Source of the DNA: Novakomyces olei
Taxonomy: Eukaryota
Length of the DNA stretch: 20,000 bases
Assembly: GCA_016906335.1 (NCBI GenBank)
Contig: JADEYG010000005.1
Location: 418,702-438,701, forward strand
Direction: 5' to 3'
Each line of letters starts with the position of its first letter. Position 1 is the first letter of the stretch. The notes under the pieces are model-generated. The model worked only from the letters and a program-made list of their open reading frames with translations. It was not told where the DNA came from and made no database searches. A program made the position numbers and the translations under genes. Shown here one piece after another: positions 19,657 to 20,000 of the stretch.

Positions 19657-20000
19657 TTTGTTGTGGATTGCAATTAGAGGGCTCAGTATAGCGGACAAGA
19701 GGATTCACCAGTTGGAGATCTGAATGAGCTATCAGAATCCGTATTGCTCGTGCTTGCTGGCTGCTCTTTCAACAAGTCCGTCTACTTGAATGCGGCAGTA
19801 CGGATCTGTTGCTTGCCCGCCCCAGTCAGACGCAATTCGCAACGTTATTCATCGACCGGCAAGAGACGATCAGCTCGACTAGCAGAATCAGAGATCTGCT
19901 TTCGAAGGTGACCCGAACCCAATTGATTTGCAGCTTTTGTCTCAAGTCAGAATGCCTCGTGACTGAGCAATCAAAAGGACGGACAGCTCTTGGCAACTCG

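Noticed and set aside
19657..19698. N-terminal extension of the HECT ligase shown in the ORF track (likewise 11159 for OPY2 and 12819 for COX4)
   Set aside because: These start at TTG; an in-frame ATG in good context follows shortly in each case
19826..19852. 8-codon uORF MNNVANCV upstream of HUL4
   Set aside because: Expected by chance and the TSS is unknown

Overview
Gene-dense eukaryotic (fungal, ascomycete-type) DNA with short GT-AG introns. Branch points sit very close to the acceptor and intergenic spacers are small. A Taphrinomycotina-like yeast/early ascomycete origin is plausible but is inference only. In order the window holds: the 3' part of a division-1 chitin synthase (+); a 4-exon THO2 (-); a 3-exon ATG3 (+), divergent from THO2 across a (TTTTTA)n array; MBF1 (-); an Opy2-like Cys-rich membrane anchor (+); COX4/COX5B (+); tRNA-Arg(TCT) (-); a Mid2/Mtl-like cell-wall sensor (-); and a Hul4/Mug30-like HECT E3 ligase (-). 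I see no mobile element or CRISPR array, and most of the window is ordinary housekeeping DNA. The most curious signals are (i) a cluster of telomeric TTAGGG motifs with a 12-bp inverted repeat and MCB-like sites upstream of COX4, (ii) a disordered Tho2 tail with spaced GW/WG/SW tryptophans around a PRE(T/N) repeat, (iii) a stop-free in-frame microsatellite intron in the chitin synthase, and (iv) recurring ~12-bp microduplications. None of these amounts to a demonstrated new system.
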